From NCBI GenBank assembly GCA_036172245.1, contig JAYWIR010000017.1, forward strand, positions 1,116,001 to 1,180,000: a DNA stretch of 64,000 nucleotides, written 5' to 3'. This DNA is from Raillietiella orientalis (taxonomy: Eukaryota). A model generated the notes under the pieces. The model did not search any database and was not told where the DNA came from. It saw nothing but the letters and a program-made list of their open reading frames with translations. Position numbers and translations under genes: made by a program. Below, in pieces: positions 50,201 through 63,336 of this stretch. How positions within the stretch are numbered: position 1 is the first letter of the stretch; each line of letters starts with the position of its first letter.

Positions 50201-50675
50201 AAAACCTTCCATGTCCGTGACTGCAAGCCTCTAGCCATTGTACGCACTGATATCAGGGTGGAGTATTTGCCCAGAAGATCCCGAACATCAGTATTTGGCC
50301 GGTCTGCTTGCAAACCGTCAACAGTGGTTAGCTGAACATGGCATTGAGCCTGACAGAAAGGATAAGAAGCGCGGAATGTCATGACCTTTCTTCGCGGAAA
50401 AGGAGGATTCGTGATATGTCTCCCGCTACCGAGGGAAAGTTGGTTGGGATGATGAATCTAGCCGAATAAATCCTCAATGCAATACTTCGATCCATGATAA
50501 TATGAAAAGGACGAAGCAGCGTATCATGCGATCTTGGATGCATCTAAAAAGGATCCCGAAAGAGAGCCATTGTACGAAGCTAACAGACCCAAACTAAGCT
50601 CTGTCGGAGGAGATTTGTAAGTCAGGTACTCAGCCTCCGAGTCGTTAAGTCCATGAACTGTCCTGGTCACTGTGT

Positions 50676-51440
50676 CGTCATCCGGTCGCTCCGGGGCGTT
50701 TATATGAAACAATAAGCATGCAAGAAGAAACATGCGATGGCGGGATATTAGGTCCTGTTACGTCCAAATGTACTTGGAACTCGACAGGACGCCAAACTAA
50801 AAATTAACAAATCTGTACAAAAACCTTCAGGTGGACGGTTCGGGAAGGGATCACTGATGACCGTTGTCCGGCATCCTCTGCATCCGTCAAGTTCCTCCTG
50901 TGTAGCTCCCAGGTGGGGCCATCTGCTATCGTGTTGTCCTCTACAGGAAGAGGATGGCGTACTGGCCTCTTTCTGTGACGCTCCAGAGCGCCACAATCCC
51001 GCGAAGACAACAAACAGCTGCTGTCGATGCGGCTGGCGGCAGCGCATCACGGCAGCGTTTCAGCACGTCCCTGGATTTGCCCACCGGGATGCGGAGGACC
51101 GTGGCAAGACGATCCCAAAGGACCGGAGAGCAACAGTCTACAAGCACGTGAGGGAAGGACCTGCGCCCGCAGCAGTTCGGGTACGCACTCTCCCCTGGTC
51201 CGGTGATGCAGACAGGGAGTTACTCAAAAGACCCCAGTGCAACGTCAGCAACGCCGACTCCTTCCACTTGAGAGAAAAGAGGGAAACTGTCCAAGAACAC
51301 CGTAGGTGGCACCAGATCTTCTGGACGAATCTTCAGAAACTGGGACCGGCGGATTAGTCCTTTTGATGGGGTACTTGGGGTCGCGGCGTTTGTGAGCCGA
51401 CCAGTGGTCCATCCACAAAGCAGTTTCATACTGCCCACTC
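50676..51440 (-). mobile_element. L1/Tx1-like 3' relic (family 2)
   Basis: KWKESALLTLHWG...SFPHVLVDCCSPVLWDRLATVL, colinear with 45130-45740; terminal CGCCCCGGAGCGACCGGATGA after TATAAA. Confidence 0.8.
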
Positions 51441-51959
51441 TCGGTCACTATGTCGCTTGCCAGTGGTCTTACGAATGGATAATGGGGAAAACAGAAGACC
51501 GTGAATAATAACAAACAAACAAAAAAAAAGCCTAAAATAAAGCAGCACGTTAGGTGCTTGAAAGCAGAACGTGGCCGATTAAAATGGAGTCGGCTTGCTG
51601 CAATCACCATGGGAAAGAGATGCGAGCTTATTTAAAAGATACTGGAAATTTAATCCGCAACGCTAGATAAGATCTTGAACCTAGCGCAGCGACTGCACCA
51701 AGAAATTACTGATGTCGATCAGAGATTCAGTTCACAAGAACCTTTCGCTCAAATAGACGAACGCCAATCGTGCACATGCTCTTGAAACGAAGGAGGATTG
51801 TTTGCTGATGATAAAGGGAGTTCAGAATCCTCCAAATTACACAGAGGTATGTTTGCAGTGTATGGTGATGATTTTCAAGCAAACAGCATGCGGCCTGAAA
51901 GAGCACATTCACGTGTGGGTGAGCAAACTACTGTTAACTTCCGGTGGAAGGTGAACGTA

Positions 51960-52213
51960 GCCATGTATTATGGAAGGAAGAAGAGTACTTTCGGAGATTG
52001 GGGAAGGAAGATAATGCTGACGTTATCTGGAGTGCAGTATGACATCATCAAAGAAGCAAATCCGATACACGGTTTTGTTCACGGAGCCGGACTCAAACAG
52101 GTACGGCACAGCTCTTGAGTGTCGCTCAAGGATGGGATGTTCGTTCCATTTTCACTTCGTGGACGCGAAGACGCTTTTGGCGAGCTACGCGAACGATGTG
52201 GAAACGGTCGAAG
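51960..52213 (+). pseudogene. Possible decayed exon of a Schlafen-like/SF1 P-loop helicase
   Basis: MLTLSGVQYDII......FVHG then frameshifted TGTAQLL resembles Schlafen LLTxQQYEI......LFVHGxPGSGKT; ends at a good donor AAG|GTAAG followed by AT-rich intron-like DNA. Confidence 0.3.
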
Positions 52214-55200
52214 GTAAGGAGTTATCGGTCTTGGAAACAAATGCTACTACTGACAATAATATTAAAATAGATTTACCAATATAAACGATTTATAAATGGC
52301 ATATACCACTCCCTAATGCTAACTGGCTGATTTGATAGCAAAGAGTGGACTTGACCAGTTAAGGAAAGTTCATCGGAACACCATGCAATTACAGGTCATT
52401 CCATCTAGAGAGCAGAATCTAAAATAATGTAACTGGCAGCAAACACTGTTATGTAAATACACAAACCTCTATGTGCATCAATTGCTATTATGACATAAGC
52501 ATACATGACTACAGCGGTTTAACATGCAAACAGTCACCTTGCACCCTGACTTGCGAGGAATGCATGCAGCAATGATTGCAAAACAATCTCATGAACCATA
52601 TATGCACCGTAAACAGGCGAAAAAATTAAAATACTATGTGTGTTTGTACAACTTTGAAGGGAATCCGGCAAACATTTGGTGCAAGGATCAATGGTTTTCA
52701 GATAGCACTGATGCAGAAAAAGAGAACAGATTTTATGAAAAACTATCCACAAAGCATAAGAAACTAAAATTCAGGGAGTTTCTTAAATGCAAGCAAGCTG
52801 TGTTTGCACATGTAATTTACTGCAAATGCTATCAAAAGGCATGCAAGTTTTTATATCACTGATGGTTACTTGTGGTAAATGGCAGTTCATCTAATGCGTT
52901 GCATGTAATCAAAGAATCCTCATAATGCAATCAAACTTTAATCAAAACCCTACATGTAAGAACTTCAGCAAGGCCCATTGTAAGATCACAAGGTTTATGA
53001 CTTGCAAGGTGATGTATTCCTGTTAGTGAATTCATGAAACTTTCTATTATAAATAGCAATTGTACGTTTGTCAAAGGTACTTATAAGAACTGGAAACTTT
53101 CTTCCATGAGCAGATATGTTTAGGTAATACATTCACTCATCATGTAGGCAGAATGAGCATTTTGATTTTTTCAGTCGTTTTCAAGAGAGTCCCTGTCACT
53201 TATGTATGGCATATGGTCTAATGCTGCTATTTTGACATCTCATGTTTGCAGGTTCACACCCCTCTTATGATCTCAGTTCATTTTATAGAAAACATTTTCT
53301 TGTTTTCCTTTCTAAAGACACACACTCCCAAGCAAAAATCCATAAAATTTTCAATAAACTAAGCTTGCAAGTCCATAATTAGGGTTCTAAGTGCCTTGTT
53401 CATCTTTGCATGACCTACATAAAAGTTGGTATACATCCAAGATGTAACCCAATTAGCATATCTTCATGGAAATGAAAAGGGTTCTCATGTTCGTTTTTTT
53501 GATTAAAAAAAAAAATGACTTCATCACATGAAGTATGAAAGCATCCGAACAAACTATAAGTGATCTAAATAGCAGTAGCATTCTACATTTGGAAACGTGC
53601 TTGGTATTATGCCGAACAACAAACGTGGAGCCGTGTTTCAGCAACCTTGTACGCTATTGTCCAAATTGGTTGACTACACAACAAACATGAAACCTAAACA
53701 AAACGGGAATTGAAATTCTGTGCAAAAGTTTCCACAGTTCAAAATGCAACGTGAGAATACGCGTGCCTCGGTGACCAATGAGGACTTGTTGGTTTGCATA
53801 TACAAAAGGAATGCATCACAAGGTACACAAGGGAAACTCTGGACTAGACAACTGGAGGAATCAGTGCAAGATATTCCGTGTCGAGAGCTTGTTCCTGCCC
53901 ACGGGTATGTGCAAAACATGCAAAAGGGAATTCCATGATGATGGTCAGCTCAGCTTGCACTGAATCGTGAAATTAACATTGCTTCCATGAGTGCTTCTGT
54001 CACTGCATGAGCGGGATCCACAAAACACTGGTGTCTGAGCACAAGGAAAATCGAAACACGAAATCACTTCAAGACTTCCGATGAACGGGTACTTGAAATC
54101 AACACTCGATAAATTGCATCTGAAAGATCAGAAAGGAGGCAGGAAGGAAGAGCACGGAAAGTACCGGCCGAAAATGCAAAACGAAAAAGCTGCTGTTGTG
54201 TCGGACACCAGATTTCTGTCTACAGAATCCACCTCTTTTCCCGCGAGACTCTCTTTTTACGGCCTCGATAGGATGCCCATCACACTTGTAAACTGCAAAG
54301 ACCAAACACTCAGCCTCATTTAGATGCTAATATAAATACTTTGAAAAGCAGGCTTTTGAAATTGAGTGAACGAAATATGAACAACGGCGCGATCCTCTCG
54401 CTGATTTTTTATTCTAAAAGAATTCTAATGAGAGCTTTACGTCACTCATTTTGGAATCAAAAATGAATAACAAACAATAAGGAAATAGTGATAAGCGTGC
54501 AAGTTATCACATAAACTATCCACATATTTGTACTTCTGGCAGGCCAATTTACAAGGATGACTAGGGACGTTCTGGTAGTGGTCAGGATACTTTGCAAGAG
54601 AATTTGTGGGAACGCAAAAGTGTTGGCAACTCTATGCGCGGATTGCTAGGGAACGCACAAAAAAACAAATAGTAAACCTGAGATAATGCCATAAATACAT
54701 ATATATATATATATTCCTGTAATGGACCATTAGCGAATCGTAAACTTCAATTTTTTCTCCGAGACGCCGAAGGCGATTTTTTCAGTATGGAAATTCTTTC
54801 TAAGAACTCATGCTATTCCTGAAAACAGGTATTACAGCTGTTCCTGGAAAATTCCTTGAGATACAGATCTGACCTCTAGTTTCGGGTTTTTGTGAATTTG
54901 CGATGTTCGGAAGCAGTTCGTGAGACACAATGAGAATAAGAATGAAAGTCCTCTAGATGCTCTCTGACCTCAAAAGCAAACCCATTTTCGTTTTAGTGCC
55001 GATCTAACACACCGAGGCAACACAAGAAAATTCCTGGACTACGTCATCTTTTTTTCTCTCTCTTTTTCGCTCTACACTTATGTAGCGACTTGAAACGGCT
55101 TTCCTTTCATTAATGCTTTACGAGACTGTTCTCATGTGAAACAGCTTGCTACTAAAAATAAGGATCCAAAGATTCTTAATGGCTAATATTTGGACATGCC

Positions 55201-57599
55201 TTTTGAAAAAGAGTTCGAAAACAATTTGAATGATTACCGTACAACGCTATAGGATGCTAATTAAGGCATTTGAGGCACAGAGCTTAGTGAATCTGACTGT
55301 GTCTTATGTCTCAACTCTCGAGAATGCAGTGGATGAGTTCTCGGTAGCTTCTCTGAAGCCTTGACTTTGATGATGCAAAGTAGCGGCATCCAAGGATGCT
55401 ACCAGACATTTTGATACATGCCACGAATCTTGTGTGTTGAAATTTTAATGCAATCCATTTACGCCTAAACCTTACTCCTAAATGAACAAAGTGCTGATTT
55501 TACCGGATCCTTGTTGCCATGTTATGGATGACGAATCCGATGCGAAACCACTTATTCATTGTCATACGGACGTCTGTAACGAAGATGACTTTCTACCATA
55601 GAATAAGGGAAGCACAGAGTGCAGGAGACCCTGAAATCTATCGATAATCACTTCAGAGCCCTCATATCCGCTCCTGGTTTGAGAACTGGCGACGTCAAGT
55701 AAGATGACAGTCGTCGCAGGGATCAATGGTTGGCAATTTTGAACAAACGATATGAGTAAAAGATGCTCTTTACCGGTGAGAAAGCATAAAATATCGAACA
55801 GGGTCGAAGGAATGTTGCGTTTTCGGTCGTAGCTCATCGCTGCAAGCCCAAACGAAGTCAATGAGACTTCACAAACGTGATACTCATATAAATTAAGCTC
55901 ACAGATTGCGCAATCATAAAGCAAGTTAGATGATTCTTTTCCTACAACCTACTCAAAAATTACTGTCCAACCATAAAGTCCCACGATGGAAACGACAGGA
56001 CGGAAACGTTTGACAGCGTTTCCAAGTAGAAGATGTACTTTTAAAGCACTTTCTACACGAGGTGTGCAAACAGCAGTGCTTTCTAAAGAAGGTCAGGATG
56101 GCAAAGACGATGCTCTGAAATCCTGGCAAATCCTGCTGCTGTTTTGTTTTGCTTTTTTCCTTTCAAATCTCGTATTAATGCGACTTTCTATCGATGTGAA
56201 TTAATGGATCGAGATGATAGACCGATTTGAAGGATCCATAGGTATCTCGCGCAAGCTCTAATTTGAATCTCTCATATTTTTTCTTCCATCTTGGCAGAGA
56301 TGTAGGAAAGCCTGCACGAAGCATGCCAGAGTGAGTGGAAAGCGATAGTGAAACAAGATGTCACTCGTCGTTGATTAATGGTCACTTTATACTTCGGTGC
56401 CCGGTCGGGATACTGAGCCCGTCAATAAAGAGTCATGAAGCGCCATAATGGATTTTCGAAAGCTGTTGTTCGATGCCAAGCATTTCCCATTTTATCAAAT
56501 ATTTCCATTTTCCCTTTCTAGTAGAATATCTGCGGGTGTGGACATGGAAACTTTACAGTAGGAAGTAAACAAAGCGACATTGCCAAGTGACCAAAGAGGC
56601 GTTTAGGTCAGTCAGGTTGGTCCAGCATTTTGAATGGTGAAGCGCGACTGGAGTGTACCATCGAAAAGATGCCGATGTGGAAGCAACGGCGCTCGAAGCA
56701 AATGCTAGTCTCGGCGTGGTTTCCTTTTATGGTAAAAACAATTCCTTGTCCATCGATACTTTGCGCGCAGTGGTGCATTCTCGATGCCTGAATTTTTTTT
56801 TCTTCCCCGCACAGAAAATGGACTTTTTTTTCTTTTTGTCATGTTGCCTCCTCCGCCTTAGGTGCTTAGCATTGGTTATGCTTCAGCAGTCAGACTTCCA
56901 TTTCCAATTAACGCTTGTCAAAAGATGTAGGAATACTAATGACTTGCAATTACTCTTATCGTTATTTTTATTAGTATCGATGAAATCAGCATTTGACCTC
57001 AAATGAGAAATGTTTTGAAATGACTCAGTATTGGTTACCGAGTCATAATAGGTCGAGGAGGCATTGCAGGTATTTGCATTTGTTAAAGGCAACTGATGCG
57101 ATTCGTTCTTGCGTACGTGAAAAAGCATTCGGATGTCAAAGCCGGTTCCGTAATCTTGTGCGAAAATTCTGATTTGGAACCTCTTGGATACAATGAGTGC
57201 GTTCTTGGCTTCACTTTTAGCTCAGGATGCGAGCCGCTTTATCTCTGATTCGACTCGGCCCCCGTTCGGGATTCCTCGAAAGAAAATTCGCCATCATCGA
57301 AAAAAAAACGATCTTTGTCCGGGGAGTTCAAGGAGGAGCTCCATTTATTTTTCTTGAGCGGACACAATTCAATATTGTCCGTGCTTATTGTCTGTGTACC
57401 TATCAATTTAGGGGCCCCGAGCTGAGGAACGTTTCTTTAATTTAAGATAAAATACGTCCTCAATGATAATCACAGGAAATAAGTGTATCAGAGGATGGTT
57501 CAAACACTGCTGAAACACTTCCCTCATGACGTCTCGAAAATGCTTGTTTGAGAAGAACCAGAGCTCGCTTCCTACTGGAACTCTTGACTGCAGTACTGC

Positions 57600-57790
57600 G
57601 CGTGGTCCCACACGCATTCCCTAGCGCCGGCTCGCACTTTTTTTTCGGAGACCTGTGTCCCCATGGGGCCTCCTCGTTCGTACGCAGGAGGTCGCCGAGA
57701 CGCTGCCACCGTAAGCGGAGAGTGTGATTACGTTTCGAGAGGCTTGTTGTCTCTGTCTGCAAAGCATGACCGATGTCCTGCGAGCTTAGC
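57600..57790 (-). mobile_element. Possible RTE-like LINE thumb fragment
   Basis: LRLRWQRLGDLLR resembles RLRWxGHxxR; single motif. Confidence 0.25.
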
Positions 57791-58449
57791 ATAATGTTTC
57801 ACAACGACTCATTAAGCTCATAACTCATTAAGTCTCATTTGCAGCCACTGTACCAAGAACGGATTCCCAAGTTGGGTTTCAGGTGGGTGACTGTGAAAAT
57901 CTTGGAGCCCAATTATCAACTATCTCTTCGCTAATGAAAGCACACGAAGCGAGAAATGTTTTAGCAGCTTTTTTTTTTTTTTTGAGTCCCTCCCTCGTAG
58001 GGCGTCCGTGGGGTTTCGGAGCTCAACGGATCGTTTTTTTTTTTTTTTTCCTCGACATCACACACCGCTTTGGCGACTCCGAAACGAATCGCCAGAATTG
58101 CCCGACTGAAAATGGGACTGTCATTTTCATTTTCGAAACGTATTCGTTGCCAGGCGTTTCTCGACAGCACCCCGGAATTCCATAACTCTGCTTGGAAACG
58201 GGGTGCTGGAAAAAATCTGAAACCTTTCGCGTGAAGAGCATCCAGCACTCTCATTCATGATCGGATGCTCAGCTCCAGCTTCACTTTGGGATTTTTCGCT
58301 CTGAACTTCCCGCAGCTGAAATGAACCGATTGGGAAAGGAAGCGGGGAGGCAAAAGAAGGGGAGGTGGTGGGGGGGGATTCTCTGCTGAAGAAACAGCAT
58401 CCGCAGCAAAGAACTCGCGAAAACAAGTGCGGATGAAAGGGACCTTTCT

Positions 58450-59950
58450 CCGCCGCTCCTCCTGCCGAACCCATTCTTTTCATCCTGGTTTCAGACATCC
58501 ACGAAGACTCCTCGCTGCATCTGCTCGGCAGTCGCGTCAAAAGCCCGCCACCACCGGCAGCACCCGTTCGTCTCGTAAGCAGATCAGGGAGTGATAGAGC
58601 TCGCCGCTCTCCTCCAGGAGGGCGACGTCTTCCCTTCCCCTCCGAGAAGATTCTGTGCGAGAACGCCCTGTGAGATCGCCGGCCCGAACCCGGTGCGACC
58701 TTTCGATTGATATCCTGGCGCGCGCGCTCCGCATCGCATCTGGCATTCCGGTGACTCCTCGTGGCGCAATGCTGAAGGACAGCGCGTTCGCTCCTCGCCA
58801 TGCCGAGCAGGCGGCAGAGCGGTGAGCTGCGCGTTGCCAGCGTTACGACCGCCTGAGGAAAAAACGGCGGCGCGCATCCGCCCCGGACGCCCTTCTCCCC
58901 TTCCTCCCGCGGCTCCCAGCCTTCTCCGCATCCCTAGAGTATGAGCCACACCTGCCGATGGGACTCGGGACACCACGATGACCACTCGGGCAAGGAAGCC
59001 GGCGTCTGATCGAGCCTTCTCCTCCCCTCTCGCATCGCCGAGCGGATGGAAGGACATCCGGGTTTTCCTTCTCACTTCTGGCGCTCCGGACTCACGTCTG
59101 GGTCATAGAGAACGAACGGGAGCGCCTCAATGCACCCGGCGTCCAGAAAGAATGCTGAAGGATCTTTGCCCGGGAGGGTAGCGTTCTTTCCTCCGAATGC
59201 CGGTGGACAAGCAGGCGGGTTTCCGCGCTGAAGACTCTTCCGGAGGGACAAAAACTACCCCTCCCGGCAGCCTTAAGAAAACGCTCTCATCTGGAAGGTC
59301 TTTCGCGGACCCGAGCAGGAGGGACCATAAGTGGACCGTCCTCGGCAATCCTTGTGCTTATCTTCGCCACCGGGAAGGTAAGGAGCGGACTGCTCGGCTC
59401 GCATAATCTGCCGCGGAAGCTGCCGACCTCCGGGACCCGTTGTCCCTGCCTGGCCAGTCCCCGAAGGAGGCTCTTCCGGATGGCGGCGGGGGAGGGTGAA
59501 CCTCGATGAGTCGCAGCTGTCTCCACCTGCAAGCGGGAGGACCGTAGCGTAAGCCGCGCGCCACCGCTTCATTGCCCGTGCTTGGCTTTGGTGGCGCGGG
59601 AAGAAGGCGGGCAACCCCGCCGTCTTCGACGGGCACGGTGGCCCGAACGAAGTGATCGTAAACCGGGGGAATATGCGTGCCGGGAATCCACGCAGCTCTT
59701 CCCCCGAGCATGCCTACACCGGCGACACGCGCGCGCGCCCTGAGGGTCGCCTTCCGGGATCGGGGACGCGATCCCGGGAGCTACGCCCCCCTCCCGCGGG
59801 CAGAAGGAGCACCATCCCACAAGATCCCTGGGGAAACACCCCGCGAAGAGGTCACGGAGGGCGGCAGCAGTTCCCGTGAACAGTCGCGAGGCCCTTGCGC
59901 GTAGCGTGGGCATCCTCATCGTGCTAGCGGCCGTGGACCGCTGCCGCGCC
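58450..59950 (-). mobile_element. GC-rich decayed L1/Tx1-like ORF2 (thumb to zinc finger), probable
   Basis: In order: MPTLRARASRL (LxxRA thumb), VPVEDGGVA (PxxxGGLG), GDLTGRSR...EESGELYHSLIC (zf-RVT relic). Confidence 0.4.
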
Positions 59951-61499
59951 GCTCCTGGAGGGCCTGCCTAGCCTTTCTCCCTCGGGAGAGGATGGGCGGC
60001 CAGAGGCGGACGTTTCCGGAGAGAGGTGCGGAGCTGAGACATCACTCTTGAGTCTTGCAGGCGAGCCGAGGCTCAGCTCGGAGCTTGTCGGGGACTCGCC
60101 AGTCGTCCTGTGCGAGAGGTCGACACCAAGGAAGCTCCCGACGTTCGCTGCTATGCAAGGAGACCGAGCAGATCGGATGTGCTCCTCCTGGAGCTCCGTA
60201 CAGCGGGAGGAGGGGGGGGGGGCATCGACTGTAGGAGGGGAGCGTGCGAAGCCTCGGAACGACTGCAGAGGCCACGCGCGCCATCTCGGGAGCGATCTTC
60301 GTACGATCTGGGCTCGCCTGGGGAAGGAAAGGCGTGCGGGGCACGCCAGGGGTCGGAAACTGCTCCAGCGTCCCCGCGTCCATGGTAGGGAGGTTGCGGG
60401 AGGGGGAAGACCGCGGAAAGGGAGGCGTCCTTCGCGAGGGAAGGCTCGAAAGGGAGAAGTGGCTTTGTAGTTCTCGGCCTCGGGAGCAGAGGGCTGGTCC
60501 GTCTCCTCCTAACTGAGGTTTGCGGAGGAAGCCAGCGGCGGCAAGGCACACACAAAATGACACGGATGCTTCTGGGGTCACCTGCATTGGGGAGGGAGGG
60601 CGCGGTCTTCTTCCCTTCCGCCCCCTGTGCCATGCCCGGCGGCGGCTCGGGAAGAAGTCGGCCGCGCCCGCCCTCTTGGATCCTATCGTCCCAGCAACGC
60701 GCGCGCGCGTTCCGAAGTGGAGCGGCGTGCGGGCCCTGCTCGCAGTCTCCCGCCCGCCCGCCTCGGGAATCGAATTAGCCCGCTCCCCAAATTTGATTTG
60801 GCGGAAATCCCGGTCGCTCGTGGCGTCCCTTGCACGAGCGGGAATCGCCGCATGAGGGCGCAGGGAGCGCGACTCCCGCCTCCCCGGTAGTGGCCCCGAG
60901 AGGCCCTGGGAAGCCTGCTCTGCTCCTGTTCCTCCCAACCGAGAGGAGGAACTACGGGGAGAGGCCCCTGCTCCCCGGGGCAGTGCCCTCGTTTCATCAG
61001 GGCCAGCAAGAAGGGGGTTAGGGAGCAAAGAGGTCTCCGCTCGCGCCGGCCCCTGTCCCCAGGGCAGCACCCTGGGGCCTCTCCACACACTCGGGAAGAG
61101 CAAGAGGGAGGAGGGAGAGCCGCCCCCTTCGCCGCGCCTCGGACTACTCCGAAAACCGCGAGGAAAGGTTTCCAGCCCGTCTCTACCCTCAGGGCGTGGT
61201 CGAGATCTCCACTTCTTGGTGGCAGGGAGTGCGCGTTACCCCCTGGGGAACGCGCTCCCTTCACGGGGGCGAGGAGAGTGGTCTGGGCGGTGGCAGCGTT
61301 CCGTTCGTTTCCGTGGAAACGACGATGCCTTCGGTAAGGAAGGAGAAGGCAAGGCGCGCCCATGCGCGCGGAGCTGACCGCGCGAGATGTTCCCGTCGAC
61401 CTCACGCCCACTCGCATTTGTTTTTCCCTTTTTTCGCCTCGGGCCACCCTGGGGCCGCAGCGAGGGCCCCACCAGGAGAGGGCCGAGGACCCGGCTGCT

Positions 61500-62000
61500 C
61501 CGCAGCCGGGACTCCTCGGAGAGGCTCGAGTTTCCTGCGGCGTAGGAAAACCGATGCCCGGAGGAAACCCGATACTCCCCGGGCTCCCTGGCCCCCCAGA
61601 GTCGTGCCCGCGGGGCAGGGGCGGAGCAGTGTTGCAGACGCGGCAGTGGCGCTCCGCCTCTGCCCCGCGTCCTCAGCTTCTCCCAGCCGGGGGAGGGGGG
61701 GAGGGCTCGATGAGCCTCGCTTCCCGGCCCCGGTTCTTCGCTCCGAGAGGGACCCGCAGAGGGCACAGCGGCCCCTCTGGGCTTCGGCCTCTCCCCGACC
61801 CTCCGCAGGACCGTACCCACATACTCGGACCACTTCATCACCGCCCAGTGTCTCTCCTTGGACGGACGCCGCCCGGAGGAAAGTACCCCTCAGGGAAGGG
61901 GCCGTGCCAGTTCTCGGGGGCAGCAGAGGCCCCTCCGGCGGACCCCCACGAGGGAGCGGGCGGGAATGAGAGGCGTGCTGGACCGAAGGACTGTTGGCAC
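61500..62000 (-). mobile_element. GC-rich LINE zinc-finger relic, probable
   Basis: VRVCGY...GRCALCGSLSE then frameshifted SEAHRAL...WEKL. Confidence 0.35.
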
Positions 62001-63312
62001 GAGAGGCTGCCGGAGCCGTCTCCCCTCTTCGTGTGTAACCGGAATTGGGAGGGGGGGGGGGAGGGCAAGGATACCGAGGCTCATCGCCTCGGGGGACTTC
62101 CCTCCCTTCCTTCTGGCGGCGTAGGGTCGCGCGAGCCTCGCCATGTGGCGACCGAGCCACCGCGCGGAGTCGCGATCCTCCGCGATGGAACCTGCTCCGC
62201 GCAACCGAGAGCAAAAGGGGAGGGGGAGGGAAGAGGAATCGGTGCTAACGATGGCGCGAACTCGCTCCTGTCTAAGGGAACAATGGCGCGACCCCGGCAA
62301 AGGGGACGCGGCCGGGCTTCGAAAGTCATCGTCATCGTTTCGTCAGGGTCGGCATGCGAGATCTGGGAACGGGGGAGGGAGGGGTCCCGAAGGCACGCGC
62401 ACGCGCTCGGCGCTCGCGTCTCCTAGCGACGGCGCGCGTCGCGATGCGGAACGCGATGGCGGCTCCGGCACTGCGACAATGTGATCTATTTTTAAACCGC
62501 GAGCAGCCTAATGGGGGACGGTGCCGTTCTATTACGTGTAAAAGCTCCATCGCGCCGCTCTCTAAAATCGTAAATCGATAAATTATTCCATTATCCGTGG
62601 AGAAGCCGATGGAGGTTTTTTGGCCGTTCCCGGAGATCCTCGGCCGCACGACGCTCCCGGAGCCGCTGCCGTCGCGCGGTTGCCGGTGACTACGGTGGCG
62701 ACGCGGCTCCGGAATTCCCTGCCGGATTCGCAACGGAGGCTGGCTGGAATCCATTAGAAGGCGTGCACACACGCTGTTCATTATAATCAAAAAACGCGCT
62801 GTAACCAGGTTCCATTACGACGGTATTCTACTCGTGTTCCGCACAGGATCTCTGGAAAGAGGAGATTTCCCCAGTGATTGATTGCCTCGTCTAATATATC
62901 GTCACTGAGCTGCAGCTGTGTGGGTAAACGTCAACTCTTTTTAATCAACAGACCTTATCTCCGAGTACACATCGGGTGGAAAACGATCAGCCTTCTGTAG
63001 GTGTGCTCTGACGTAACCCATTACCAGACGAAGCGCGAACTTCTTCTCCGAACGCGCGCACACAATCAGCCTGCTCTGTGCCAGGCACGCAGTGTCCGTG
63101 GATCAAGCACACAATTCGGTTTGCTCCTTCCTTTTCCCCCCTGGACTCCTCGAAAGCAGGAAGGTCAAAACGGATGCTTCCTCCGTGTAATTAAAACGTC
63201 AGACCTTGCTCCACGCTCCCTCCGCCAGCGTTTACGCTGCTAATGAATGATGATTAAATGACACGAAGAAAAATGCTGCCTCCGCTGCGTCCTGAAGAAT
63301 CCATTTGACAAA

Positions 63313-63336
63313 GCGGCGGCGGCGGCGGCGGCGGCG
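63313..63336. repeat. (GCG)8 microsatellite
   Basis: Eight perfect GCG units. Confidence 0.95.

Noticed and set aside
51798..52118. MFAVYGDDF looks like viral RdRp motif C (YGDD)
   Set aside because: No motif A (DxxxxD) or motif B (SGxxxT) at the expected distances upstream in the frames I read; the downstream sequence fits a P-loop context better.
55562..55924. EVIIDRFQGL resembling SF1 helicase motif V
   Set aside because: It is on the opposite strand to the candidate helicase exon and has no supporting motifs.
58738..58800. HDV-like ribozyme core (ACTCCTCGTGGC); similar at ~39503
   Set aside because: P3 or P1 pairing fails and the GG needed for P1.1 is missing or misplaced.
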